Shown here piece after piece: positions 36,495 through 49,065 of a stretch of DNA of 64,000 nt. Position numbers and translations under genes: made by a program. The notes below the pieces were generated by a model that was given only the letters and a program-made list of their open reading frames with translations, did not search any database and had not been told where the DNA came from. Every line of letters starts with the position of its first letter. Within the stretch, counting starts at the first letter, position 1. Source of the stretch: Octopus bimaculoides (Eukaryota); the NCBI RefSeq assembly GCF_001194135.2, contig NC_068990.1, positions 1,543,762 through 1,607,761 of the forward strand. Reading direction: 5' to 3'.

Positions 36495-37545
36495 AAGCGA
36501 GAGATGGGATCTCAATAACAACTCTCGTGGGAACCCCACGGACGACTCATGAAATCATGATGCAACACAACAAGGAAAGAATTAACAGCGAGAATGAAGC
36601 TATATCTGGTCATGGTGAAGGTTTCCCACCCAGCATGTCCGATACCGCCTTCATCAGGGGCAAGGATCTGGCCTCAGATGGTCGTTATGTTGCAACAGAT
36701 CACATACACGGTGTGTGCAAAAACAGACAAATGGACGAAGGAAGAGTACGAATACACTTATTGAATGCCATGAAAAAGCAAAGTTGGAAAGAAGTCATGG
36801 AGTAGACCGATGTACCTTGAAATTTTGGATGAAAAAGGACGTGTGTCCAACATCAGAAAATAAACTAATGAAACAAGTGAGAGTGATTAGGAAGAATGGT
36901 TACTTAACTGGAGTAGAAATATCTCGGATTAGTGAGATTTTGAGAGACCCTGTGGATGGGCTACAAAGGATGGTCAGAGTTGAAAACAGAGATGTAGGAG
37001 TTGAAAGCAGGGAATAGAGTAGACAGGAGGAAGAGGGGAATGGTTATAGGGCTGTTAAGGATGAGGAACAGGAACATTATACAGTGAATCCTGAAAATGT
37101 GGCAGGTGGACATGCAGGGGAAATGAACCAACTGGATAATGAATTGCTTGAAATTCAAAGACGACTCACCGACATGATGAATGCTCCAGAAGGAAAATTC
37201 TCCATGAATATGAAAAGGGTAGATGGGAGTGTGATAAATAAAGTAACAAAAAAGATAAATACTGTCATAGCATACATCCAGACGGAGAGCATATCACAAA
37301 CAAGGAATCTTCTCCGAGCTATTGTGCTACATGTTGAGGAGAAATTACAACTTATGAGAGCAAAAAATGGTAGAACAAAAGAACCATGGTGGAAACGATG
37401 TCTTGAAAGGGTCATAATGCGAGCAAGGCAAGATCTAGGAAAAACTGAGCAATAGTCTAGAGGAAACTGGAAAAATGGGAAAAAGACCAACCGAGGACTG
37501 GTTTCCCAGACAAGAATACTAAAAATGATGTCAAACGATGATGAT
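36495..37545 (+). mobile_element. 5' part of an R4/Dong-like ORF (N-terminal Myb-like region), decayed
   Basis: LIECHEKAK...SENKLMKQVRVIRKNGYLTGVEI and ESISQTRNLLRA...KEPWWKRCLE...RQDLG resemble R4/Dong N-terminal motifs as recalled (EQRLADQVRxIxKNGWL; KEPWWKRR). Confidence 0.7.
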
Positions 37546-37564
37546 GATGATGATGAACCCAACC

Positions 37565-37790
37565 ACTCTCAAAAATTAAGTAAAAAAAACAAAAATAATC
37601 CAGAATCCTTGTCCTGTACCAGATCGATCCCAAAATCTAATCAGTTCATGCCAGTCATGAGGTCAAACATCCTTGAAAGTTTCATCTGAATCCATCCAGC
37701 GGATCTTGAAACATCTTCTCCAAGACAAACAAACAAACAAACAAACATGTCTGAAAACAACACCTCTGCCTTCGCTAAAGCAGAGGGGAA
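37565..37790 (+). mobile_element. Helentron/HINE (DINE-1-like) non-autonomous element
   Basis: AAAGTTTCATCTGAATCC..CCAGCGG, an internal (CAAA)n run, and a subterminal hairpin CCTCTGC-N10-GCAGAGG at 37763-37786. Confidence 0.5.
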
Positions 37791-37832
37791 AACAACACCA
37801 ACAATGACAATGATAATAGTAATGATAACAAC

Positions 37833-37872
<40 letters not shown>

Positions 37873-37900
37873 ACAGCAGCAGTAGTAGTAGTAGTAGTAG

Positions 37901-37935
<35 letters not shown>

Positions 37936-38371
37936 TTACTTAATAATAATAAAAATAATTGATATAGCTATGATAACAGACTCTATTAAAAATTTTGTTG
38001 TATTCACCCACCCACCCTTCAACTATTCCATTATTTACAGATGATGTAATCATTAGCATGCCAGGCAAAATGCTTAGCAGCATTTTATGTCTTTATGTTC
38101 TGAGTTCAAATTCCACTGAGGTTGACTTTACCTTTCATCCTTTAGGGATTGATAAATTATGTACCAGTTGAGTACTGGGGTCGATGTAATTCCCTCCTCC
38201 CAAATTTCAGACCTTGTGCCTTTAGTAGAAAGGATTATCATCATCACCGTCGTTGTTGTTGTTGTTGTTGCTGTCAGAGTCTTTTCTACCTATATTACTT
38301 GAGAAATATCCTCATGCTAGTTCATGTGCCTACTTTGCATTTGGAAGTTAGAGGTTAAAACAACAGCCACG

Positions 38372-38409
<38 letters not shown>

Positions 38410-39815
38410 GAGGAGGAGAGAGAGAGAGAGAGAAGGAGGAAAACAAACTGAAATCATGTTTAGAATTGGATGTATCTCACATACATCAATTATTTTGTTC
38501 ATATAATGTTTGTCCATTTAATACTTGAATCAGTCATTCATAAAAATATATCAACCTGTACATTAAAGCCATTACACTTGATTTTCCTGCTTCTGTTGAC
38601 TCTTCTTACATCCAGTGCCATCCTCATATTCTGGAAAGTTCTTAGAAAGGAAAACCATAAATTTCTACTAAATGGAGCCTAACTGTAGTTTAAGGAAGTT
38701 CCTGAAAAGAGACTGACAGCTATTGCTGCTGGAAATGTGGAACTAGGAAATCCCAATTCTTGATAGTCCTACTGATAAAAAATGCTTCAGAAAGTTCCAA
38801 AGCCCACGTAATTTGCATACCAAACTATGAAATGAATGATGCAATGCTCCTAGGCAAGACTACTCTCTCTTAATAGCTTGGTTCACCCAGTATTACGTGG
38901 GTACCATGGGGTGGCTCACCAATATAAGCTGCAAAAATACTGCAACGATGACAGATATTTGATTAACTTGTAGAATTAAGTTTGATCCCTGTACATACTT
39001 GAGCCAGTGTTTTGGACAAGATAAAGGGCACGAAGAAAGCTAGTTGAAACCAAAGTGAAAATCTGAAGTAGAGTTTCTATGATAACATAAATGATTGACA
39101 TAAGTTGTGAAGCTTGTAATATAATGTACTTTATTAAGGTGGCGAGCTGGCAGAATCGTTAACAACCATTAAAGGTGGTGAGCTGGCAGAAACGTTAGCA
39201 CGCCGGGCGAAGTGCTTAGCCGTTACGTTCTGAGTTCAAATTCCGCTGAAGTCAACTTTGCCTTTCATCCATTCGAGGTTGATAAATTAAGTACCAGTTA
39301 TGCAGTGGGGTCGATGTAATCGACTTAATCCCTTTGTCTGTCCTTGTTTGCCCCCTCTATGTTTAGCCCCTTGTGACCATTAATATATAAGAAACATCAG
39401 CATGTTGGTTAAAATGCTTAGCGGTATTTCATCTGCCGTTACGTTCTGAGTTCAAATTCCACCAAGGTCGACTTTGCCTTTCATCCTTTTGGGGTCGATA
39501 AATTAAGTACCAGTTACGCACTGGGGTTGATGCAATCGATTTAATCCCTTTGTCCTTGTTTGTCCCCTCTATGCTTAGCCCCTTGTGAGCGATAAAGAAA
39601 TAAGAATCGTTAACATGCCAGGCAAAATGCTTAGCAGCATTTTGTCTGTCTTTACATTTTGAATTCAAATTCCACTGAGGTTGGCTTTGCCTTTCATCCT
39701 TTTGGGGATTGATGAAGTAAGTTCAGCACCAGTTGAGCACCAGGAACGATGTAATTGACTTAACCCTTACCCTGAAATTACTAGCTTTGTGACAAAATTT
39801 GAAATCAATATAATA

Positions 39816-40033
39816 CAGTAATTCCTCGACTATCACGGTTGTTACATTCCAAAACCCACCACGATATGTGAAAATCTGCAAAGTAGAAACAGTACTGTAT
39901 ACTTTTTTTTAATTATTTTTATAATTTGCTTATATTTATTTTATTATAAATGCAAAACAACACAACAGAGGAATCAACATAAGCTTAAATAATAAACCGT
40001 GATAGGTGAACTGTGATATGGCGAGCGATTACA
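39816..40033. mobile_element. pogo/Tigger-like MITE
   Basis: TA-CAGTAATTCCTCGACTATCACGGTT at the left end; imperfect mirror AACTGTGATATGGCGAGCGATTACAA-TA at the right end. Confidence 0.65.
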
Positions 40034-40990
40034 ATAAAATATATATTGTTTGCATCGGTATTTTTTCTATTCACTGAGTTTTATTTGTGTTAACACTCAC
40101 CTTTGTTGGGAACTTTGTATCCTGTAGTTTCTTGGATGTAAAATTTGAATAATGCGGTAAAATTGAACCTTCAGCACTAATATAGCAAGATTGCTGTTAG
40201 TTATGTGATTAATGATTTGAATTTGTAAATTAAAATATGTTTCTTTTGCGCAAGGAATGGAAATAATTGAAATATTATTAGTATTTTTGTTTGCATTTCT
40301 TATATATTCTTATTTTATTTTTATTTTTATTTTTTTATTTTTTGAGACTCTATGGGAACACCATTTTTTATTTGAATTACCACAGCTGAATCTTGGCGGA
40401 ATTCATTTTCACCAGTTTACACCAGTTTACTTGGTTCACAGCATTTTTGAATAGAAATGAAATTGATAAAAAGATGAAAGTGAAAGAATTATAAACAAAT
40501 AAATAGAATGAATGCTGCTGGATAGAAAGACTAATAACTAGCCAGCTGGCTAACTCAATAGATAAATAGGTAAATAAACAAAGAGATACATACATGCAAA
40601 CATCATCATCATCATCATCATCATCATCGTTTAACGTCCGCTTTCCNNNNNNNNNNNNNNNNNNNNNNNNNNNNNNNNNNNNNNNNNNNNNNNNNNNNNN
40701 NNNNNNNNNNNNNNNNNNNNNNNNNNNNNNNNNNNNNNNNNNNNNNNNNNNNNNNNNNNNNNNNNNNNNNNNNNNNNNNNNNNNNNNNNNNNNNNNNNNN
40801 NNNNNNNNNNNNNNNNNNNNNNNNNNNNNNNNNNNNNNNNNNNNNNNNNNNNNNNNNNNNNNNNNNNNNNNNNNNNNNNNNNNNNNNNNNNNNNNNNNNN
40901 NNNNNNNNNNNNNNNNNNNNNNNNNNNNNNNNNNNNNNNNNNNNNNNNNNNNNNNNNNNNNNNNNNNNNNNNNNNNNNNNNNNNNATATA

Positions 40991-41026
<36 letters not shown>

Positions 41027-41459
41027 TGTATAGAAAAATAGATAGATACATTGGCAGATAAACAGAAAGAAAGATAGGTTAATTGGTAGATAGGGTAGAT
41101 GGAATGGCAGATAGATTTGTTGAATAATTGGGTGTTGGGTGATGGCAAAACTGATAAAGTGATGTAAAAGAATAAATGCCTCCACACAAATAGCAAAGCT
41201 TTCTACGCATACTGACAGACATAAATGAGCAGACACGTATACATATATGTATGTATGAATGCATGTATGTGCATTATACATACATACATACATACATACC
41301 TACATTCATACATATATATATATATACACACACATCCATAAATATAGTTACATTGAGACTTGTAGATAGAGAGTTACAGATACACAAGAAAGTGATAGAG
41401 AAAAAGAGAGAGAGAGAAAGAGAAAAGATATGACTATATGTGTGTGTTTATATATATAT

Positions 41460-41571
41460 ATGTTGGGTTGGTGCATAGTTATTGCAGCTTTTTTCCAACA
41501 AATTTTATTCAACAAAAGCAATAACAATATTTAACAAAAACATCTTTCAGTGATGGTCTGACCATCTGCCA
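41460..41571 (+). mobile_element. Mariner (Hsmar1/MADE-like) terminal fragment
   Basis: TTGGGTTGGTGCATAGTTATTGCAGCTTTTT resembles the TTAGGTTGGTGCAAAAGTAATTGCGG TIR; cut by an N gap. Confidence 0.55.
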
Positions 41572-43222
41572 NNNNNNNNNNTATATGTGTATATATATAT
41601 ATATATATATGATTTATGTATGTATGTATGTATATGAAGGGTGTCTGCTCCGGGGGCAATGGGAAAACTGAAATAGATAAAAGAATATAGAATGCATAAC
41701 CTTATCCTGGAATATATGAACTGAAAATATTAAATGGAATTTGAATGTTGTAAGAGGTTATATTTCGTTCACTGTTATAATAGAGTCTGAGAAAATAATA
41801 ACATATGCAATTGTTTACGAAACACAAACAAAGAATATGTATACAAACAAAGAATGTATGTTTGTGTGTTAATATACATCACACTATCACACAAACATAC
41901 AAACAGACAGATATATTTTGTGAGACATGGAAAAACACACACACAAACATGTGATAGAAGAAAAAACAGAAAACTGTTAAGTTTTCAGAACAGACGCGGA
42001 GAAGTATTTCTAAAGGTAAAAATGTATTTCAAAGTTAAGAATATTATTGATTCAAAATAGTGTATATGTGTGTAGGTATCGAAGAAACGTGGTTCTCAAC
42101 CACCAAAACTCATCTGTTTGCCAAATTCAATGATGCTGTGTACAAATGGAATTAATTATCAGATATTTCTTTCCTGCTGTGTTTCATCTTGATTATGATA
42201 AAATAGGGGGGAAAAAACATAATATATCATACTACAATATTTGCTAAATAGATACAAGAAACCATATTCTATGTAAATATATGTGTGCATGTGTGTGTGT
42301 TTGTATAAGAATATAAATAGGTATGTATATGGAGTATATCTGTGTGTATGTAAAGACATAAATATATAATTGTTAAAGTTTTCTACTGTTCAATTACTTA
42401 AAATATTACATAAAAGAGACACCCATCAGGTGACATGGCAGAATCTACAGACCAACATATGTTATGAAGTTTTGCTCTTCCAATATTCAGCCTTGTAGGG
42501 CGGCAAGCTGGTAGAAATGTTAGTACACCAGGTGAGATGCTTAGTGGTTTTCCATCTGTCTTTGTGTTCTGAGCTCAAATTCCGCTGAGGTCGACTTTGC
42601 CTTTCACCCTTTCGGGGTCGATAAATTAAGTACCAGTTGCGTATTGGGGTCGATCTAATCGACTGGCCCCCTCCCCCCAAATTTCTGGCCTTATGCCCAG
42701 AGTAGAAAAAATATTCAGCCTTCTGTTATTTAGTCTTGTAACATTTGTTTTCATGATCCAAACTGATATATACATATATGTAGATACAAAGTATTTATCA
42801 TGTATAATTGATTGTTGTTCTCAATGTTTGTATTTGGGGCATTTCGTTTATATTGATATTACTTTGAGTTGAAGTGTCTATAGACTTTATTTTTATATGT
42901 TTATATAGAGTTGGCTTTGTTTTAGTTTTGTTTATATGTATTGATTTGTATATATATGTGAGTGAATGAATAATGCGCTATATATGAGGATATAGCATAT
43001 TTATCTCATTTAAAATATATAAATGTGTATATAAGTATATGTGTATGTGTGTGCATGTATATGTATCATCATCATCATCATCGTCGTTTATATTGTTTGC
43101 TATATATAACTACACACACACACACACACATACACATATATATATATATAATAAAAAAAAACAAAGAACAAACAAAAAAAACAACTACAATGCGAGGATA
43201 TGGTACATGTAAAGTATTAGCA

Positions 43223-43279
43223 GACACTCAGGGAAGGAAAGAAAGGTGGTTTTACATTTCGAGCAAAGCTCTTCTTCAG
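43223..43279 (-). ncRNA. Hammerhead-ribozyme-like core, probably from a Penelope-like element
   Basis: Minus strand CTGAAGA-A-GAGC-TTT-GCTC-GAAA-TG...GTGTC. Both core segments and stem II are present; stems I and III are not convincingly closed. Confidence 0.45.
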
Positions 43280-44563
43280 AAAAAGGAGACAGAGGAAAGT
43301 CCAATACAAAAGGAAGACGGAAGAAAAAAAAAAAAAATTGCCAACGATTCACATGTAGTTACATTTTGAAAAAAGAAATAAATAAATGTATGCATTGGTG
43401 TATGTATATATGTGCATTAATGTATTTATGTATAAGTGTGTATATGTGTGCATTAAGTATATATGTGTGTGTTTGTATATGTAAGCATGAGGGCTAGATG
43501 GTAACTAGAACAATAAATTGTTTTATATTGGTATTATTTTGGTTTTGATGTATATATACTATTTATTTTTCTATGTCCGTATAGAGTCGGTTTCCTTTTT
43601 CGTTTTATTTATAAGTATCGATAAATATACGTATGTGAGTAAAGAAATAATGGGGTATATATGTAGATATAGCATATTTATCTTATTTAATTTGTTGGTT
43701 TGGCTCATTGATAGTATGTGGGACATTTTGTTTGTATCGTATTACTTTGATTTTGTTGTATGTATGTTTAAATAGTTTTTCATTGACCATATCAAATTGT
43801 TTTGTTTTTCATTTTGTCTTTATAAATGGAAAAATAGTTATCTCCCCTGCATTCTAATAGTCAAAATTTAAACTGTTTTGTTTTGAATTAATATATATAA
43901 AATAATGTTCTTATATAAATAGATACATGTGTGTATGAATTGTATACTAGATGTATGTAAATTGTAAAAAATAGATATATGCATGTATGTATGTATGTAT
44001 GAATATATATATATATATATATATATATAGATGAATAACTAAACTTGTGTATGTGTATATGCATCTGTGTATATGTACGTGTGTGTGTATGTATGTGCAT
44101 ATAAATATGTGTATACATAAGCATCTGTATTGTGCAAATAAACTGGTTATAGAATGGAATAGTTATAGATTTAAAGTTATGAATTTACAAAATTTCAGTT
44201 AGATTATTTATTTATTTATGATTAACCTTGTTCATAAATAGCGGCTTTGCAAAAAGTCTAGAAATAATAAATATTTTCATTTGATATTTTTCATCAAGTA
44301 GTTAAGAAGATATACTAATCTGATGAAGCATCATTACATATTTAAACGGATTTGATTATCCTTGAAAAACTTGGTTTTATCATCGAAGCGGAAGCAGGTG
44401 TAATTTATGAGATGTGTCATTTGTTTGTATAAAATTTTAAAATTGAAGTGAATTTATAATTGTTCAATTTATTGTTTTGTTTTTCCATTTCTGATTTATA
44501 TTTATATATACACACATTTATTACATATATATATATGTGTGTGTGTAGGTGTGTGTGTGTGCA

Positions 44564-44596
<33 letters not shown>

Positions 44597-45069
44597 NNNN
44601 NNNNNNNNNNNNNNNNNNNNNNNNNNNNNNNNNNNNNNNNNNNNAGAGAGAGAGAGAGAGAGAGAGAGAAGGAGAGGGGGAGAGAGATATGACAATGATA
44701 ACTGATGGAGGTCTTCTTCCAATGCAAATTAACTTATTAAATAATTGCTTATAATTTGGTTAAAAGACCCATCAGCAGATGAAAATAGCCGGTGAGAAAT
44801 CAGTGGCATATCGTTTGTTGATGTAGCAACCAAATTAGCAACACTAGTGTTAGCAATTGTATTGGTAGTAAACATAGCTCCAGTATATAATAGCTATGTA
44901 TATGTTGCATGTATATGTATACATACACAAACACACACACACACACATACACACATACACATGCATGCATGCACACACACATGCAAAAACTGCACTGGTA
45001 CTATAGTAAGGTTGCAATTCTAACGGTTACTTATTGATGCAATAGAAACATGTGTAGGTTTATTTGAAG

Positions 45070-45144
<75 letters not shown>

Positions 45145-45606
45145 AAATCAAGAGGAATGAGCACTAAAATGGACACCTAATATGCTAAACATAGATGTCA
45201 AATCACCATTACTACAAAGAGCGTGTTCTCAAGAAAAATCTCAGCAAAATGCCAAAATGTAAAAATGAGCAAGACAAATGAAAATATATGAAATAAAAAC
45301 GATTACCTACATACCATGGTTTCACTTGTTAATATCTACGTATGCAAACACGCAAATATCTGCAAGATCATCAACATAGTCTGTCGCTTACAAAACACAA
45401 TTTCCAGAACTAGATACAGAACGTTTGAATGAAATAGAGCATGTATAAAGTTCTACAAATTATATTTGGGTGTATTTTTCAAATGTCTTCACTTTGGCGC
45501 ACTGAGACCAGAAACAACTCTGCAGTTAATAAATTTCAGCAGCTAATTTACCGGTTAGAGAACATTTTTATTTAAAATTAAATAATAAGGGTAGAAATAA
45601 TATATA

Positions 45607-45642
<36 letters not shown>

Positions 45643-46181
45643 TTTACTTGTGTGTATCTTTGTGTCTGTATTTGTCCCCCTACCATTGCTTGACAGCTGA
45701 TGTTGGTGTGTTTACGTCCCCGTAACCTGGTAGTTTGGCAAAATAAACCAACAGAATAAGTACTAGGCCTAAAAAGAATAAATCCTGGGGTCGATTACTT
45801 TGACTAAAATACCTTTAAGGTGTTACCCCAGAATGGCTGCAGTCAAATGACTGAAGTAAGTAAAAGAATAAAAGAATAAAAGAATAAAAGAATATATATA
45901 TATTATGATGTAGTATATTATATTACATTATATTACATTATATTATATTATATTATATCATATATTATTACTGCAAAAGGTGACACAGTGGGAACTTAGA
46001 GAAATTTACAGGAAACATGCCACAAATGAACATGTCTCATTCACTTATCAGTTGTCAACCAGACAATTTTTTCACCTGTGACAATATTGTTTAATCCAGT
46101 TGTGTGAACAGCATATGGAACAGCCTGGCTACAGTCAAGTTGGCACAAAAATAGAACAAAGACAGGAGAAAATGACTATAA

Positions 46182-46347
46182 GCATAGGAGTGGCTGTGTG
46201 ATAAGCAACTTGCTTACAAACCCCATGGTTCTGGGTTCATGGCACCTTGGGCAAGTGTCTTCTACTATAGCCTTGGGCCGACCAATGCCCTGAGTGGATT
46301 TGGTAGACGGAAAACTGAAAGAAGCCCGTCATATATATGTATATATA

Positions 46348-46388
<41 letters not shown>

Positions 46389-46438
46389 ATCTGTGTATGT
46401 GTGTGTGTGTGTGTGTGTATGTTTNNNNNNNNNNTATA

Positions 46439-46477
<39 letters not shown>

Positions 46478-46720
46478 ATCTGTGTATGTGTGTGTGTGTG
46501 TGTGTGTATGTTTGTGCGTCTGTGTTTGTCCCCCCAACATTGCTTGACAACCGATGCTGTTGTGTTTACATCCCTGTAACTTAGCGGTTCGGCAAAAGAG
46601 ACTGATAGAATAAATACTAGGCTTACAAAGAATAAGTCCTGGGGTCGATTTGCTCGACTAAAGGCAGTGCTCCAGCATGGCCACAGTCAAATGACTGAAA
46701 CAAGTAAAAGAGTAAAAAAG
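46182..46720 (+). mobile_element. Full-length SINE family B
   Basis: GGAGTGGCTGTGTG head, GGCACCTTGGGCAAGTGTCTTC, internal (TG)n duplicated across a 10-N gap, GGCAGTGCTCCAGCATGGCC segment and (GTAAAAGA)n tail. Confidence 0.88.
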
Positions 46721-46840
46721 TATAGAGGGATGCTAACTGAAAGACTATAAAAAAACAAGCAGGAATAAAAGCTATCCTTAGACTGAAATAATTGAGGTAA
46801 ATAGTGTGATGGAGGAAAAATCAGAGGCCGAAATTGACCA

Positions 46841-46929
46841 GTGAGCACTTGACTCAATCAGATGTGCAAGGAGCCATGTTAGCATTGATTTGTGGTTTTG
46901 AATCCGGCTGGGGTCAGCTCACCATTTTT
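46841..46929 (+). ncRNA. Pol III-like stem-loop unit, copy 1 (tRNA-derived or vault-like architecture)
   Basis: GTGAGC...GCTCAC terminal pairing, A-box-like TGACTCAATCAG, B-box-like GGTTTTGAATCC, TTTTT at 46925-46929. Confidence 0.3.
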
Positions 46930-47140
46930 CAGTCATTTGTTTGTATTTATAAACTGTCACTTCAAATTGGAGAATAAAATATTATTACGATATATTATTA
47001 TACAGTTATTATTATACTATATGCCATCCATAATAGCTTTCTTGCTGTTACTTACAAAACCTTCCACATTTGTTTACAGATATTATATGTAGTTTTAGAC
47101 AGTTTGAGTATATATTAAGTAAATTTGGCTGAAATTGATG

Positions 47141-47230
47141 GGTGAGCATTTGCCCCAGTTGGATGTGCAAGGGGCCGTGTTAGCGTTGATTTGTGGGTTT
47201 GATTCTGACTGGGGTCAGCTCATCATTTTT
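47141..47230 (+). ncRNA. Pol III-like stem-loop unit, copy 2
   Basis: GGTGAGC...GCTCATC, A-box-like TGCCCCAGTTGG, B-box-like GGGTTTGATTCT, TTTTT at 47226-47230; diverged duplicate about 301 bp after copy 1. Confidence 0.3.
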
Positions 47231-47309
47231 CAGTCATTTGTTTGTATTTATAAATTGTTGCTTCAAATCAGAGAATAAAATATTATTACGATATATTATN
47301 NNNNNNNNN

Positions 47310-47364
<55 letters not shown>

Positions 47365-47399
47365 GTAGAACAAAACAACACAAGTTATCAGAGCAGTAG

Positions 47400-47750
47400 A
47401 AAAAAGAAGAATAAACACATTAGGGATCATAAAAACATGCATAACGACCCTGAAAGTTATAATAGGATCCAAACAAAAACTCAAGAAATAAACATAAACA
47501 ACAAAACAGGGAATAGTATCAAGAACACTTTAGACCCTCTTAATCAACCAGAACATCACAAAAACAAAGAGTCACCAGATAACTACAAAAATAATAATAG
47601 TGCAAATCATTGCAGTTGTCACAAGAAATTTGCATGCCTGCTTATGAACCAATGCATGCAACAAAACATCATATACCAATGCACAATCAACACATCACAG
47701 CATAAAAATTGCATACAAAGGAGCTTCGAAAACCCATTCAAATAATTCAA
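47400..47750 (+). mobile_element. Penelope-like element fragment (Cys-rich linker and start of GIY-YIG)
   Basis: NHCSCHKKFACLLMNQCMQQNIIYQCTI...ENPFK matches the recalled CNCRxxxxCPLxGxCLxxNIIYQA...YIGxTENxFK pattern. Confidence 0.7.
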
Positions 47751-48231
47751 ACTTAGACCACAATGCACCACCTGGTCTAGGAATTGAAATCACGATCTAG
47801 TGATATCTAGTGATCGGGTGTGCAATGTCCTAATTACTAGGCCATGCACTCTTTAGATGTGAATGATAAATTTCAGACAAATGGGATTTTAAAAGATTGG
47901 GGTTCTCTACACCAAAATTCATTAATTTGGCAAATTCTTTGATTCTGCATACAAGGGGTTTGATTAGATAAACATTTTTTCTTTGTAATGTTTTATCTTA
48001 ATTATCATGAATTAGAAAAAAAAAAATCTACAGAAGTTACATATGTGTATTTATGTGTGTATTTTTTTGTATGTGTAAGTATCACATCACCCTTTTTTTA
48101 CTCACACACACACACACACACAAACACACGCTTACACACAAACGTATAAATATGCATATATATATATATAAACACACACAAACACACACACACACAAACA
48201 TATATAAACACACACACACACATATATATAC

Positions 48232-48278
<47 letters not shown>

Positions 48279-48279
48279 A

Positions 48280-48316
<37 letters not shown>

Positions 48317-49065
48317 TAAAGAGAGTGAGAGACAGACAGATAGATAAATATCTTCTAGCTCTTACTTATTTCAGTCCTTTCAAGCCATGTTGGGGAACTG
48401 TCTTTAAAAGGATTTGGTCAAGTTAATTGACCCCAAAACTTCTTTTTTGTGCATAAATGTTGTGTTGAAAACATGTCTTAACACACACACACACACACAT
48501 GCACATGCACACACACACACAAATGCATATGTGCACGCATACACACATATGCATGTATGCATGCACACACATGCATATGTGCATGCATACACACACATGC
48601 ATGTTTGCACACACACACATGCATGTGTGCACGCATACACACACACATGCACACCTGTATGTACATCTATTTCAAACAATGGTCTTCGTAACTGGTTATA
48701 AACAGTTGGATATCTCAACATATCTTGGCAGTGTTTTTTTCTTCTATTTTATTTGTGAAAGACTTTTGGTTTCTCATGCATATATTAAAACTAACTTTTA
48801 TAAATATTCTGTTCATGTTTATGAGCTTTATATAATGCAACCAGATTTTTGAAATATATAACTTAATCTATAGACTAATCTTTGGAAATGTTTAAATTTC
48901 AAGTCTTTTAAATATGTATTGCACCTCACACATCTAAAATATTTAGCCTAACCTTACCCTTCTCTCACTGGTCGTTTGATCTAGCTTGATGATATCTGGA
49001 GACATAATTTAAAATGAACAGAACATTTCACAGATAATGTCACCAATTCGACTTTTTCAGTTATA

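Noticed and set aside
48480-48665. Alternating purine-pyrimidine tract with repeated ATGCAT/GTGCAC
   Set aside because: Best explained as a degenerate (CA)n microsatellite, which is common throughout the window.
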